Shown piece by piece: positions 47,581 to 57,024 of a DNA stretch of 64,000 bases; within the stretch, counting starts at the first letter, position 1, and every line of letters begins with the position of its first letter. Origin of the DNA: an uncultured Acidobacteriota bacterium (GTDB lineage: Bacteria > Acidobacteriota > Vicinamibacteria > Vicinamibacterales > UBA2999); contig CADEDM010000004.1 of NCBI GenBank assembly GCA_902826065.1, positions 4,547-68,546 on the forward strand, read 5' to 3'. The notes beneath the pieces are model-generated. The model did no database searches, was not told the origin of the DNA, and worked only from the letters and a program-made list of their open reading frames with translations. Position numbers and translations under genes: made by a program.

Positions 47581-48603
47581 ATGAGCACGCACGCAGGGCC
47601 GATCGGCGTTTTCTACGAGCACCCCGAGTGGTTCCGGCCGCTGTTCGCCGAGTTCGATCGCCGCGGCATGGCCTACGAGCGGATCGACGCCGGCCGCCAC
47701 CGCTACGACGCCGGCAGCGACGACGAGCGTCGCTTCGCGCTGGTCGTGAACCGCATGAGTCCGTCGGCGTACCTGCGCGGCCGCGCGCACAGCATCCTCT
47801 ACACCACCAACTACCTCGCGCACCTGGAACGCCTCGGCGTGCGGGTCGTGAACGGCGTCGACGCCTTCCGCATCGAGACGTCGAAGGCGCAGCAGCTCTC
47901 GCTGTTGAAGTCGCTGGGCCTGGCGTTCCCGGCCGCGCGCGTCATCAATCACGCCAGCGAGGCGCCGGCAGCGGCCGGCGGCCTGCGTTTCCCCGTCGTC
48001 GTGAAGGCGAACATCGGCGGCAGCGGCGCCGGCATCGTGCGCTTCGATCGTCCGGAGGATCTGCAGCGCGCCGTCGACGAGGGGCGCATCGACCTCGGAC
48101 TGGATCAGACGGCGCTGGTGCAGGAGTTCATCCCCGCGCGCGGCGGCCACATCACGCGCGTCGAGGTGCTGAACGGCGCCTACCTGTACGCCATCAACGT
48201 GTTCAGTACCGGCGAGAGCTTCAATCTGTGCCCGGCCGACATCTGCCAGCCCGGCGACGGCGTGGCGGTCGACGGCGCGTGCGCGGTGGAGGCCCCGAAG
48301 AAGGGCATCCGCGTTGAGGGCACCACGCCGCCGCAGCAGGCCATCGACGACGTGGTGCGCATCATCGGCGCCGCCGGCATCGAGGTGGGCGGCGTCGAGT
48401 ACCTGGTCGACGATCGCGATGGCCGGCGCTACTACTACGACATCAACGCGCTGTCGAACTTCGTGGCTGATGCGCCGCGGGTGGTCGGGTTCGACCCGTT
48501 CGTGCCCTTCGTCGACTATCTCGAGGCCGTGGCCGCCGGACGCACCGACGTGACACGGCCGGGCACGACCTCTGCCGCGCACGCGGTGGCCGCGGCGGTC
48601 TGA
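47581..48603 (+). CDS. ATP-grasp domain protein (RimK/glutathione-synthetase-like ligase)
   Basis: ORF 47581..48603. AAGGAG upstream. ATP-grasp pattern FPVVVKANIGGSGAGIVRF...ALVQEFIPARGGHITRVEVLNG...GVEYLVDDRDGRRYYYDINA. Confidence 0.8.
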   Translation: MSTHAGPIGVFYEHPEWFRPLFAEFDRRGMAYERIDAGRHRYDAGSDDERRFALVVNRMSPSAYLRGRAHSILYTTNYLAHLERLGVRVVNGVDAFRIETSKAQQLSLLKSLGLAFPAARVINHASEAPAAAGGLRFPVVVKANIGGSGAGIVRFDRPEDLQRAVDEGRIDLGLDQTALVQEFIPARGGHITRVEVLNGAYLYAINVFSTGESFNLCPADICQPGDGVAVDGACAVEAPKKGIRVEGTTPPQQAIDDVVRIIGAAGIEVGGVEYLVDDRDGRRYYYDINALSNFVADAPRVVGFDPFVPFVDYLEAVAAGRTDVTRPGTTSAAHAVAAAV

Positions 48604-48637
48604 CCGAGTGTCGGGGCGCCGGCGCGGACCGGCGTCC

Positions 48638-48666
48638 TTGACTTGCCACGGGCGGAACGCTACGTT
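48638..48666 (+). promoter_or_regulatory. sigma70-like promoter candidate (TTGACT-17 nt-TACGTT)
   Basis: -35 TTGACT at 48638-48643, an exact 17-nt spacer, and -10 TACGTT at 48661-48666. ATG 48674 begins 8 nt after the -10, so the transcript would be leaderless. Confidence 0.35.
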
Positions 48667-48673
48667 GCGCCGC

Positions 48674-50218
48674 ATGTCGACGCCTCTCCGCCCCGGTCCC
48701 TCGAACGATCGCGACTCGAACACGTCCACGTCCACGCTGAGCCGCCGCGAATGGCTCGCCACCGCCGGCGCCGGCGCGGCGATGCTGCTGGCCGACGGCC
48801 GCGACGGGCAGGCGCAGACGCCGGCAGGCACGACCGTCGTCTTCACGCACGTCGACGTCGCCAATCCGGACCTCGTCCAGCGCGACGTCGCACTGGCCGT
48901 GACCGGCGACCGCATCGTCGCGATCGGACCCACCGACGAGGTGCTGAAGAAATATCCGCAGGCGCAGGCCTACGACGGGCGCGGCAAGGCGCTGCTGCCC
49001 GGTCTGATCAACTGCCATGCCCATCTCGGCCAGACGCTGTCGCGCGGCTTCAACGAAGACTTCGGCTTCCCCAACAGCTACAAGCTCGCCGTGAACCCGG
49101 GCAGCCTGCTCTCGCGCGAGGAGAGCACGCTGATGGCGGTGGTCGGCGCCATCGAGGCGATCAAGACCGGCTCGACCTGCGTCGTCGAGAACGTCGGCGG
49201 CACGGCCGCGACCGCGTCTGAGCTGGCGAAAACCGGCCTGCGCTGGGTGTTCGCCGAGTCGGCCACCGACCGCGAAGGCGGCTCGCCGATGTCGCCCGAG
49301 ATCCTGGCGCGCGGCGAGGCGCCGCGCTTCTCCGCCAAGATGCGCGACGAGGGGATGCGCCGCATCACCGAGCTGCACAGCGCGTGGCACGGCAAGGAGA
49401 GCGGGCGCATCTCCGTCTTCCCCGCCGCGGGTCTGGCCGAGAACTCGTCGCCCGAGCTGCTGCAGGCGGTACGCGCGTTCGCCGACAAGCACGACCTCGG
49501 CTACACGATTCACCTGTCGCAGAGCCAGGCCGAAGTCGACTACATGAAGCGCCACCACGGCATGAGCCCGGTGGCGTTCCTCGACAAGCACGGCTTCCTC
49601 AGCCCGCGGCTCTTCGCCGCGCACTGCCGCTACGTGGATGCCGCCGACATCGCGCTGCTGGCGAAGAGCGGCACCATCGTCACCCATCAGGCGCGGATGG
49701 CGGCCAATCGCGGCGTGATTCCGCCGATTCCGGCGCTGCGCGCGGCCGGCGTGCCCATCGCCATGGGCACCGACAACAACACCACGGACCTCTTCGAGGT
49801 GCTGCGCATCGCGATGATCACCGAGCGCGTGCGCCGCGACGACGCGTTCCCCGGCGTGCAGCCGCAGCCCGAGGACATCCTGGCCGACGCCACCATGGGC
49901 AGCGCGCGTGCCGTCCGCCAGACGGCCGCGATCGGCTCACTCGAGGTTGGCAAGAAGGCCGACATCCTCGTGCTCGACACGCAGCGCATCCACATCGTGC
50001 CGTCGGTGCGCATCATCTCGACCTGGATCCACAACGGCCAGCCGAACGACATCGAGTCAGTGATGATCGACGGCCGGTTCGTCATGCGCGACCGGAAGAT
50101 GACCACGGTGGACGAAGCCGCCATCGTGGCCCAGGCCAACGCGGTGGGCCGCCGCGTGTGGGATCAGGTGGAAAAGGCCGGCCCGATCAAGATCCCCCGG
50201 CTGCCGCGGCCAAAATAG
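48674..50218 (+). CDS. amidohydrolase family protein (chlorohydrolase/deaminase-like), TAT signal
   Basis: Within ORF 48608..50218; start at ATG 48674. Twin-arginine signal LSRREWLATAGAGAAMLLA, metal-binding INCHAHLGQ, and later HL, H and D motifs of the amidohydrolase_1 fold. Confidence 0.85.
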   Translation: MSTPLRPGPSNDRDSNTSTSTLSRREWLATAGAGAAMLLADGRDGQAQTPAGTTVVFTHVDVANPDLVQRDVALAVTGDRIVAIGPTDEVLKKYPQAQAYDGRGKALLPGLINCHAHLGQTLSRGFNEDFGFPNSYKLAVNPGSLLSREESTLMAVVGAIEAIKTGSTCVVENVGGTAATASELAKTGLRWVFAESATDREGGSPMSPEILARGEAPRFSAKMRDEGMRRITELHSAWHGKESGRISVFPAAGLAENSSPELLQAVRAFADKHDLGYTIHLSQSQAEVDYMKRHHGMSPVAFLDKHGFLSPRLFAAHCRYVDAADIALLAKSGTIVTHQARMAANRGVIPPIPALRAAGVPIAMGTDNNTTDLFEVLRIAMITERVRRDDAFPGVQPQPEDILADATMGSARAVRQTAAIGSLEVGKKADILVLDTQRIHIVPSVRIISTWIHNGQPNDIESVMIDGRFVMRDRKMTTVDEAAIVAQANAVGRRVWDQVEKAGPIKIPRLPRPK

Positions 50219-50283
50219 TCGGGCTGGCGCCTCCCGATTGCGCTATCGTCGCCCCTCGGCGCGGAAACCACAGGGAGGGGCCT

Positions 50284-50841
50284 ATGACCTGGCTCGTTCG
50301 GCTGGCGGCGATGGGACTCTTGGCGGTCTCGCTGGACGCGGCCGCGCAATCGGCCGACGACCGTGAGCTGCTGCAGTTCCGGCTCACGCCCGAGCTCCTC
50401 ACGAAAGCCGAGGCGGTGGCCACTGCCTTCGGCGCCAACGCCGAGCGCGATCCGGCCATGAAGCGCAAGCTCGACACCAAGCGCGAGATCGCCAGGCTCG
50501 AAGACAAGGACGACCTCACCGAGGCCGAGCAGAAGCGACTCGAAGACCTGCAGGCGGCCGCCGGCGATGACGTCGACCTGGGCATCAACGGCGGCTCGCT
50601 GTCGGACATCTCGGCCCAGCTCCAGAAGGTGCCGGCCATGAACGCCGCGCTGAAGTCGGCGGGCATGGCGCCGCGCGACATGGCCAAGTTCATCGTGACG
50701 GCGGTGCAGGCGGCGATGATCGGCGGCCTGCAGAAGCAGGGCCTGCCCGTGCCGCCCGGCGCAGCCGGCGAGAACGTGAAATTCGTGCTGGCCAATCAGG
50801 CGTCGATCGAGCGCATCAACAAGCTGCTGGGCGCGCGCTGA
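50284..50841 (+). CDS. hypothetical secreted helical protein (185 aa)
   Basis: Internal ATG of ORF 49384..50841, with GGGAGGGG upstream. Signal peptide MTWLVRLAAMGLLAVSLDAAAQ. No recognisable family. Confidence 0.55.
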   Translation: MTWLVRLAAMGLLAVSLDAAAQSADDRELLQFRLTPELLTKAEAVATAFGANAERDPAMKRKLDTKREIARLEDKDDLTEAEQKRLEDLQAAAGDDVDLGINGGSLSDISAQLQKVPAMNAALKSAGMAPRDMAKFIVTAVQAAMIGGLQKQGLPVPPGAAGENVKFVLANQASIERINKLLGAR

Positions 50842-50862
50842 GGACGCGAGCGGGCGTAGTCG

Positions 50863-52722
50863 TCAGGGCTTCGCCTGTGACAATCGTCTGACCCTTACGA
50901 CCCACATCGGCGCGAATTTGTCGCCGGCGGCGTCGGGCTCGACAAAAAACTCGAAGAATGCGTTGGCATCCACGAACGCGTAGTCGGAAGAGGTTCGCAG
51001 GCCGATGGGGTAGCGACCCCCGGCAGTCGTCCATTGCGCGTCGTTGAGGGGCAGGAATGTCCGCCGGCTGAATCTCCGGTGGGCCGTCGCTCGAATGAAG
51101 TCTCGACAGGGATCCGGCGTACCACCTGTGACCTTGGCGGGCTTCCCCGGGAAGAACTCCAGGCCGAGATAACCCTGATCCGGCGGCTCGGCGACCCAGT
51201 TCGTGCCGAACGTGATCGGCCGAAGACTCTTGATCCACAGATAGAGTTCACGGCTCTTCGTGGCCTGGATGATGCTCGCTATGCCGGTCTTTGGCTCCTC
51301 TGCTGTAAGGAGCTTGCTGCCTTCGACGACCAGCGTCTGCTCGGTGACCTCCTGGCCGTTCTTGCATTGTCCTGAGCCGATCAGGGTCTGGGTCGAGTCG
51401 GACTTGGCCTTCATCTCGCCGACGTACCGACCGTTCGCCCCACGGACCAGTGTTCCCTGGGCGCTGTCGGTGCCCCAGCGCGTGACACTGCCGAGCCCGC
51501 TGAACTGCAGACGCAGCGAGTAGTGGTTCTCGATGCGCAGCCAGATCTTGTCCGACGTCCTCCACGTGAACAGGGCATCGATGCTGGCGCGGCGGTCGCC
51601 AATGAGCTGAGCGCACAAGGGGCCCGGCACCGCCAGTGCACCTGAGATGAGCGGACAGGCGGGCAGGGACGCGGTGACGGGAATCCATTCGCGCACCAGC
51701 TCACCGCGGCCGCCGGTGGGGTCCGGCACCCCCTTGTACGTGAGTAGCGCGACGCCGTTCGCCCCGATGGACACCGGCTGTCCCAGCGGAGTGCTCACTG
51801 TGGCCAGTTCGTCGAGCCGCTCCTGCTCGTCGACGGTCCACGTCACCGAACCGCCCGCCAGGCTGCCGGGCTTCGCGGCGATCAACGTCCGTCCGCTGAT
51901 GCGCGACACGAGGGCCGGCCCCTGCGGCTCGAGCCGCACCGACACGCGGTCGGCGGCCGAGTCGCTGGCGAGCAGGCGTCGCGCCGGCACCAGGGGCAGT
52001 CTGGCGATGACCTCCCGCCATTCTGCGCGGCTCCAGCCGGCCACCGGCGACGGCACGTCGGGCATTGCGCGGTCGGCCGTGCCCCATGCGGTCTCGCCAT
52101 CGGGCGCCGCGAAACCGTCCATCAACAGCAGCCAGATCTGGGCCCGCGTCAGTCGCGTCTCCGGCTCGATCGGCTGGCCCATCATCACGCGCGGCACGAG
52201 GTCGTCGGGGCGGCCCTCGTACGCCTGCTGATACGCAGCGGCCAGCGCCTCGACGGTCATCTGCGGTAACAGCGGTACGACGGCGGCATGCAGGTCGGCG
52301 AAGGAATACGGCAGGTTCTCGAGGCCATCGGCATGCTGGAGGTCGTGGACGGCGAGGTCGATCAGGGCGCGCACCTCGTCGTGATCGACCTGCAGGCCCT
52401 TGGCGGAACTCGCGCCCGCAGCCGGTGCCACGATCGGGATGCGCATCTTCGCGAGCAGGGAGACGATGGCGTCGGGCGCCCGGCTCTCTTCGTACATCGC
52501 CTCGCCGATCGCGAAGGGCTCCTGGATCGAGGGCGCCGGGAGGGCATCGTCGTCCTGGGACGGCGGTTCGAACGGCTCGGGAATGGGTGGGGACGCCGCC
52601 CAGTGAGGTTCCGCCAACACCTTGCGCACCTTCGCCTCGGCGCCGGGCGACAACGATGCCTGTCCCGACGGAAAGGCGGCGAGGCCGAACAGACCAATCA
52701 GCACGACGGACGGGACACGCAT
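50863..52722 (-). CDS. hypothetical secreted protein (619 aa), no recognisable domains, atypical composition in the C-terminal half
   Basis: ORF 50863..52788; start at ATG 52722 (MRVPSVVLIGLFGLAAFPSGQA signal peptide). This is the only long ORF in the region. Hand counts give 52-65% GC in 60-nt blocks (about 57-58% over 120 nt) between 50881 and 51360, against my by-eye impression of about 70% elsewhere. Confidence 0.6.
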   Translation of the reverse strand: MRVPSVVLIGLFGLAAFPSGQASLSPGAEAKVRKVLAEPHWAASPPIPEPFEPPSQDDDALPAPSIQEPFAIGEAMYEESRAPDAIVSLLAKMRIPIVAPAAGASSAKGLQVDHDEVRALIDLAVHDLQHADGLENLPYSFADLHAAVVPLLPQMTVEALAAAYQQAYEGRPDDLVPRVMMGQPIEPETRLTRAQIWLLLMDGFAAPDGETAWGTADRAMPDVPSPVAGWSRAEWREVIARLPLVPARRLLASDSAADRVSVRLEPQGPALVSRISGRTLIAAKPGSLAGGSVTWTVDEQERLDELATVSTPLGQPVSIGANGVALLTYKGVPDPTGGRGELVREWIPVTASLPACPLISGALAVPGPLCAQLIGDRRASIDALFTWRTSDKIWLRIENHYSLRLQFSGLGSVTRWGTDSAQGTLVRGANGRYVGEMKAKSDSTQTLIGSGQCKNGQEVTEQTLVVEGSKLLTAEEPKTGIASIIQATKSRELYLWIKSLRPITFGTNWVAEPPDQGYLGLEFFPGKPAKVTGGTPDPCRDFIRATAHRRFSRRTFLPLNDAQWTTAGGRYPIGLRTSSDYAFVDANAFFEFFVEPDAAGDKFAPMWVVRVRRLSQAKP

Positions 52723-52879
52723 ACCCGCTCCTCTCCGTGCCCGGCGGGCCCACCTCATCCGCCAGTCGGCGCAGGGGCGTTGTATCACGGAGCTCGATGC
52801 GGTGCGCTATAGTGCCTCCGATCGGACGGTAGACAGCGGACGCCTGCACCCCCGTCACGGCGGTGCCTCACGAGGTGTT

Positions 52880-53524
52880 ATGTCCCACGACGACGCTCAC
52901 CGGCTCCACGACGTGCCGGCATCCGTTTCCCGGCGCAATTTCATCAAGGGCGTGATCGCCGGCGGCGCCGGCGTCTCCACGGCCGCCTACCTGTTCCGGT
53001 CGGGCACGCTGGTCTCCGGCCAGGCGCGCACCGGCGCCGTCGAGCGGCTCATCACGCTCACGGTCAACGGGCAGACCCGGCGCGTCGACGTCGCGCCGCA
53101 GGAAACCCTCGCCAACACCCTGCGCTACAAGCTCGGGCTCACCGGCACGAAGCTCGGATGCGACCGGGCCGAATGCGGCGCCTGCACGGTGCTGGTCGAT
53201 GACGTGCCGCGCTACTCGTGCTCGGTGCTGACGCACTCGGTGCGCACGAAGAAGGTGCAGACCATCGAAGGCCTGGCCGATCCCGACGGCACGCTGCACC
53301 CGGTGCAGGCGGGCGTCGTGCTGGAGCAGGGCTTCCAGTGCGCGTTCTGCATGTCGGGCTTCATCATGGCGACCGTCGGCTACCTGAAGAAGCACCCGAG
53401 CCCGACGCGCGAGGAACTCGCGCACGGCGTCTCCGGCAATCTGTGCCGCTGCCAGGACTACGACAAGATCCTCACGGCGCTGCATCGCGGCTCCGAGCTC
53501 GCGCGGGGGGTGACCCGTGGCTGA
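52880..53524 (+). CDS. (2Fe-2S)-binding small subunit of xanthine-dehydrogenase-family oxidoreductase, TAT signal (PaoA-like)
   Basis: Within ORF 52622..53524; start at ATG 52880. Twin-arginine VSRRNFIKGVIAGGAGV. Plant-type CDRAECGACTV cluster and a second cluster QCAFCMSG...CRCQDY. Confidence 0.9.
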   Translation: MSHDDAHRLHDVPASVSRRNFIKGVIAGGAGVSTAAYLFRSGTLVSGQARTGAVERLITLTVNGQTRRVDVAPQETLANTLRYKLGLTGTKLGCDRAECGACTVLVDDVPRYSCSVLTHSVRTKKVQTIEGLADPDGTLHPVQAGVVLEQGFQCAFCMSGFIMATVGYLKKHPSPTREELAHGVSGNLCRCQDYDKILTALHRGSELARGVTRG

Positions 53525-55997
53525 CATGAAGAAACTCGTCGGCGAGAACTACACCACGCCCGACTTGCTCGCGAAGGTGACGGGCAAGGCGAGATACGCG
53601 GAGGACTTCCGCGCCGACGGCATGCTGTTCGCCAAGCTGCTGTTGAGCCCGTTGCCGCACGCGCGCATACGAAGCGTCGACACGAGCGCGGCCGAGGCAA
53701 TGCCGGGCGTGCGCGCGATCCTGCGTGCGTCGGAACTGCCGGCACCAGCCGACACGGTGACCGACCTCGGCGAGACGATTCGCGCCAACCCGATGGGCGA
53801 ACGCGCGCTCACCGACGAGCCCGTCTACGCCGGCGAACCCGTGCTGGCCGTGGCCGCCGTGGACGAAGAGACCGCAGTCGCCGCGCTCGAGGCCATCCAG
53901 GTGGACTGGGAGCCGCTGCCGTTCGTCGTCGATCCGCTGGTGAGCCTGCGGCCCGATGGCCCGAGTCCGCGCGCCGAAGGCAATACGTGGGGACGCGCAC
54001 CGGTCGAATCCGGCAAGCCGCCGGGACCACTGACCGTCATGCCGCTCAAGTGGAAGGCCGAGGACTTCGCGGACTACGACCAGGGCAAGATGCCCATGGG
54101 CGAGCCGCAGATCGACTGGAACTACGGCGACCTCGAGGCCGGTTTCAAGAACGCCGCGCTCGTGCTCGACGAGACGTTCTCGATGGCCAACAACCAGCAC
54201 CACGTGCTGGAACCGCGGACGGCCCTGGCCTACTGGCGTGGCGACAAGCTGCACGTGCACACCGGCACGCAGAGCGCCGTGCAGACGGTGGCGTCGATCT
54301 CGCGCTGGATGAACATCCCGCTCGAGAAGGTCGTGCTCATCACCGAGTACACCGGCGGCGGCTTCGGCAGCCGCGCCACCGGCGCCGTCATCTGCATGGT
54401 GCCGGCGATCCTGGCGAAGAAAGCCAACGCCCCGGTGATGCTGCGCATCACGCGCGAGGAAGAGCAGTACATCGGCGGCATCCGCCCGGGCATGCATGGC
54501 CGGGTGAAGGCCGGCTTCGCGAAGGACGGCCGCCTCACCGCCCTCGACCTGTTCCTCATCGGCGAGAACAGCGCCTACGAGGCCCAGGGCGACGCCAACA
54601 GCGGCGGCCGCTTCATCTCGCTGCTCTACCAGCCACCGGCCATGCGGTCGCGGTCGATCACGGTGCTCACGAACACGCCGCCGCGGCGGGCGCAGAGCCA
54701 GCCGGGCGGGCTGCAGGCGATCATGATCGTCGAGCCGGTGATCGCGAAAGCGGCGCGACAGCTCGGCATCGACCAGGTGGAGATGCGGCGCCTCAACGCA
54801 CCGGAAGGCAAGGCGTTGTGGGGGCCGGCCGGCCGCGACGGCAAGCGCGGCTACATCACGAGCGCGTTCCTGAAGGAAGCGCTCGACAAGGGCGCCGAGC
54901 TCTTCGACTGGAAGACGAGACAGGCGCGGTCGGGCAAGCGCACGGGCTCCACGGTGCGCGGCTCCGGAGTGGCCGTGAGTTCGTTCGTCGCCGGCTCCAC
55001 CGGCTTCGACGGCCTGTTCGTCATCAAGCCCGACGGCAAGATGTACGTGAAGTCTGGCGTCGGCAACCTCGGCACCGAGTCGGTGTTCGATGTCCACCGC
55101 GTCGCCGCCGAGATGATGGGCCTGCGCTGGGATCAGGTGGAGGTGGCCTGGGGCGACACGTCGCACCCGCTGCCGTGGACCTGCGTGTCGGGCGGCAGCC
55201 AGACCACCCACGCCATGACGCGGGCCGCGCACGCGGCGGCGTCCGACGCGATCGCCAAGGCGCAGGAGATCGCGGCGCAGACCCTGGGTGGCAGCCCCGC
55301 GTCGTATCGCGTCGCCGATGGCCGTGTATCGGCCGGCGGACGGAGCATGTCGCTGGCCGACGTCGCGAAGAAGGCGATCGAGCTGGGCGGCAAGTACGAC
55401 GGCCACACGCTGCCAGAGAACATCAACAAGGTCACGACCACGGCGGCCACCGCGCTGGCGGGCGAGGGTTTGATGGGGGTCGCCCGCGACACCTATCCGC
55501 GCGACGGCACGACCGTGTCGTTCGTGGCCGGCTTCGCCGAAGTGGAAGTGGACGTCGAGACCGGCAACTACAAGGTGCTCGACTACACCGCGGTCGGCGA
55601 CTCGGGCACCATCATCCATCCGCGCGCCTATGGCGCGCAGGTGCTGGGACGCTCGGTGCTGGGGATGAGCCACACGCTGGCGCTGAAGACGGTGTACGAC
55701 CAGCACTACGGCGTGGCGCTGGCGACGCGGCTGCACCAGAGCCGGCCGCCGACGATTCTCGACGTGCCGCGCAACATGAAATGGGACGCCGTGAACCTGC
55801 CGGATCCGGAGACGCCGGTGGGCGCCCGCGGCATCGGCGAGCCGCCGGTGGCGGCCGGCGCCTGCGCCGTCATGAACGCGATTGCCGCCGCGCTCGGCGA
55901 CGACGTCTTCAAGCGCGCGCCGGTCACTTTGGACAGCCTGCTGATGGCCCTCGAACACGGGCGGCCGATGCAGGAACCCCTCACGGCCCACATCTAG
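53517..55997 (+). CDS. molybdopterin-binding large subunit of xanthine-dehydrogenase-family oxidoreductase (aldehyde oxidase/PaoC-like)
   Basis: ORF 53517..55997 (GTG; alternative ATG 53526). N-terminal a/b-hammerhead region (GKARYAEDFRADGMLFAKLLLSPLPHARI) and Moco domains (GGGFGSR, GIGEPPV). Confidence 0.9.
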   Translation: MADMKKLVGENYTTPDLLAKVTGKARYAEDFRADGMLFAKLLLSPLPHARIRSVDTSAAEAMPGVRAILRASELPAPADTVTDLGETIRANPMGERALTDEPVYAGEPVLAVAAVDEETAVAALEAIQVDWEPLPFVVDPLVSLRPDGPSPRAEGNTWGRAPVESGKPPGPLTVMPLKWKAEDFADYDQGKMPMGEPQIDWNYGDLEAGFKNAALVLDETFSMANNQHHVLEPRTALAYWRGDKLHVHTGTQSAVQTVASISRWMNIPLEKVVLITEYTGGGFGSRATGAVICMVPAILAKKANAPVMLRITREEEQYIGGIRPGMHGRVKAGFAKDGRLTALDLFLIGENSAYEAQGDANSGGRFISLLYQPPAMRSRSITVLTNTPPRRAQSQPGGLQAIMIVEPVIAKAARQLGIDQVEMRRLNAPEGKALWGPAGRDGKRGYITSAFLKEALDKGAELFDWKTRQARSGKRTGSTVRGSGVAVSSFVAGSTGFDGLFVIKPDGKMYVKSGVGNLGTESVFDVHRVAAEMMGLRWDQVEVAWGDTSHPLPWTCVSGGSQTTHAMTRAAHAAASDAIAKAQEIAAQTLGGSPASYRVADGRVSAGGRSMSLADVAKKAIELGGKYDGHTLPENINKVTTTAATALAGEGLMGVARDTYPRDGTTVSFVAGFAEVEVDVETGNYKVLDYTAVGDSGTIIHPRAYGAQVLGRSVLGMSHTLALKTVYDQHYGVALATRLHQSRPPTILDVPRNMKWDAVNLPDPETPVGARGIGEPPVAAGACAVMNAIAAALGDDVFKRAPVTLDSLLMALEHGRPMQEPLTAHI

Positions 55998-56010
55998 GAG
56001 GACCAGCGCC

Positions 56011-57021
56011 ATGGCCATCGTGCACGACGTGATGCCTCCGTTCCAGCTGTTCCAGCCGTCGAGCGCCGACGAGGCGCTCGACCTGCTCGACGCCCGGCCC
56101 GACACATGGGTGCTGGCCGGCGGCATGGACTCCTTCGACTGGCTCAAGGACCGCACCAAGCGCACGAGCGCGGTGGTCGACTTGAGCGGGATCGACGCGC
56201 TGCGCGGCATTCGAGAGGTCGACGGCGGGCTTGAGATCGGCGCGATGACCACCCTGGTCGATGTCGCCGAACACGCCGCCGTGAACGCGCGGTTCAAGAT
56301 GCTGGCCGAGGCCGCCGGCCTCGTGGCCTCGCCGCAGATCCGCAACCAGGGCACCATCGGGGGCAACGTCTCGCAGGACGCGCGCTGCTGGTACTACCGG
56401 CGCGGCTGGTCGTGCTATCGCGCCGGCGGCAGCACCTGCTACGCCGACACGCCCACCGCCGTGAACCGCGAGCACGCGATTCTCGGCGCCGACCGCTGCG
56501 TGGCCGTCAGTCCCTCCGACACGGCGCCGGCGCTCGTGGCGCTCGACGCGCAGATGGTGCTGCGGCGCCGTGGCAGCGAGCGCGTGGTCGACGCCGCCGA
56601 CTTCTTCCTCGGCCCTGACATCGACATCACCCGTCTGACCGTGCGCGAGCCGGGCGAGCTGCTCACCGCCATCCGCGTGCCGGCCACGTTCGCGGGCGCG
56701 CGGCACTACTTCGAGAAGGTGCGCGACCGCCAGGTGTGGGACTTCCCGCTCGTGAACGTCGCGGCCGCGTTCAAGGAAAGCGGCGGCACGATCCAGGAGG
56801 CGCGCGTCGTCGTCGGCGCGGTGGCGGCCAAGCCGCTGCGCCTGCGCACGGTCGAGGCGCAGCTCGCCGGCAAGCCGGCCACCGAGGACACGGCGAAGGC
56901 CGCCGGCGAACTGGCGATTGCCGGCGCGCAGGCGCTGCGCTTCAACGCCTACAAGATTCCGCTGATGCGGAACCTCGTGCGGCGCGCCGTGCGCGGTGGT
57001 CCGCTCGCGGCGACGACGTAG
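56011..57021 (+). CDS. FAD-binding subunit of xanthine-dehydrogenase-family oxidoreductase (CoxM/PaoB-like)
   Basis: ORF 56011..57021. FAD_binding_5 pattern (FQLFQPSSADEALDLL...VLAGGMDSFDWLK, IRNQGTIGGNV) and a C-terminal CO-dehydrogenase flavoprotein domain. Confidence 0.9.
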   Translation: MAIVHDVMPPFQLFQPSSADEALDLLDARPDTWVLAGGMDSFDWLKDRTKRTSAVVDLSGIDALRGIREVDGGLEIGAMTTLVDVAEHAAVNARFKMLAEAAGLVASPQIRNQGTIGGNVSQDARCWYYRRGWSCYRAGGSTCYADTPTAVNREHAILGADRCVAVSPSDTAPALVALDAQMVLRRRGSERVVDAADFFLGPDIDITRLTVREPGELLTAIRVPATFAGARHYFEKVRDRQVWDFPLVNVAAAFKESGGTIQEARVVVGAVAAKPLRLRTVEAQLAGKPATEDTAKAAGELAIAGAQALRFNAYKIPLMRNLVRRAVRGGPLAATT

Positions 57022-57024
57022 CGC

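Noticed and set aside
47483-52880. tRNA-Cys-linked genomic island or integrative element
   Set aside because: There is no integrase, excisionase or transposase. By eye I found no direct repeat of the tRNA 3' end downstream. Only the GC dip in 50863-51700 remains, and it is reported separately.
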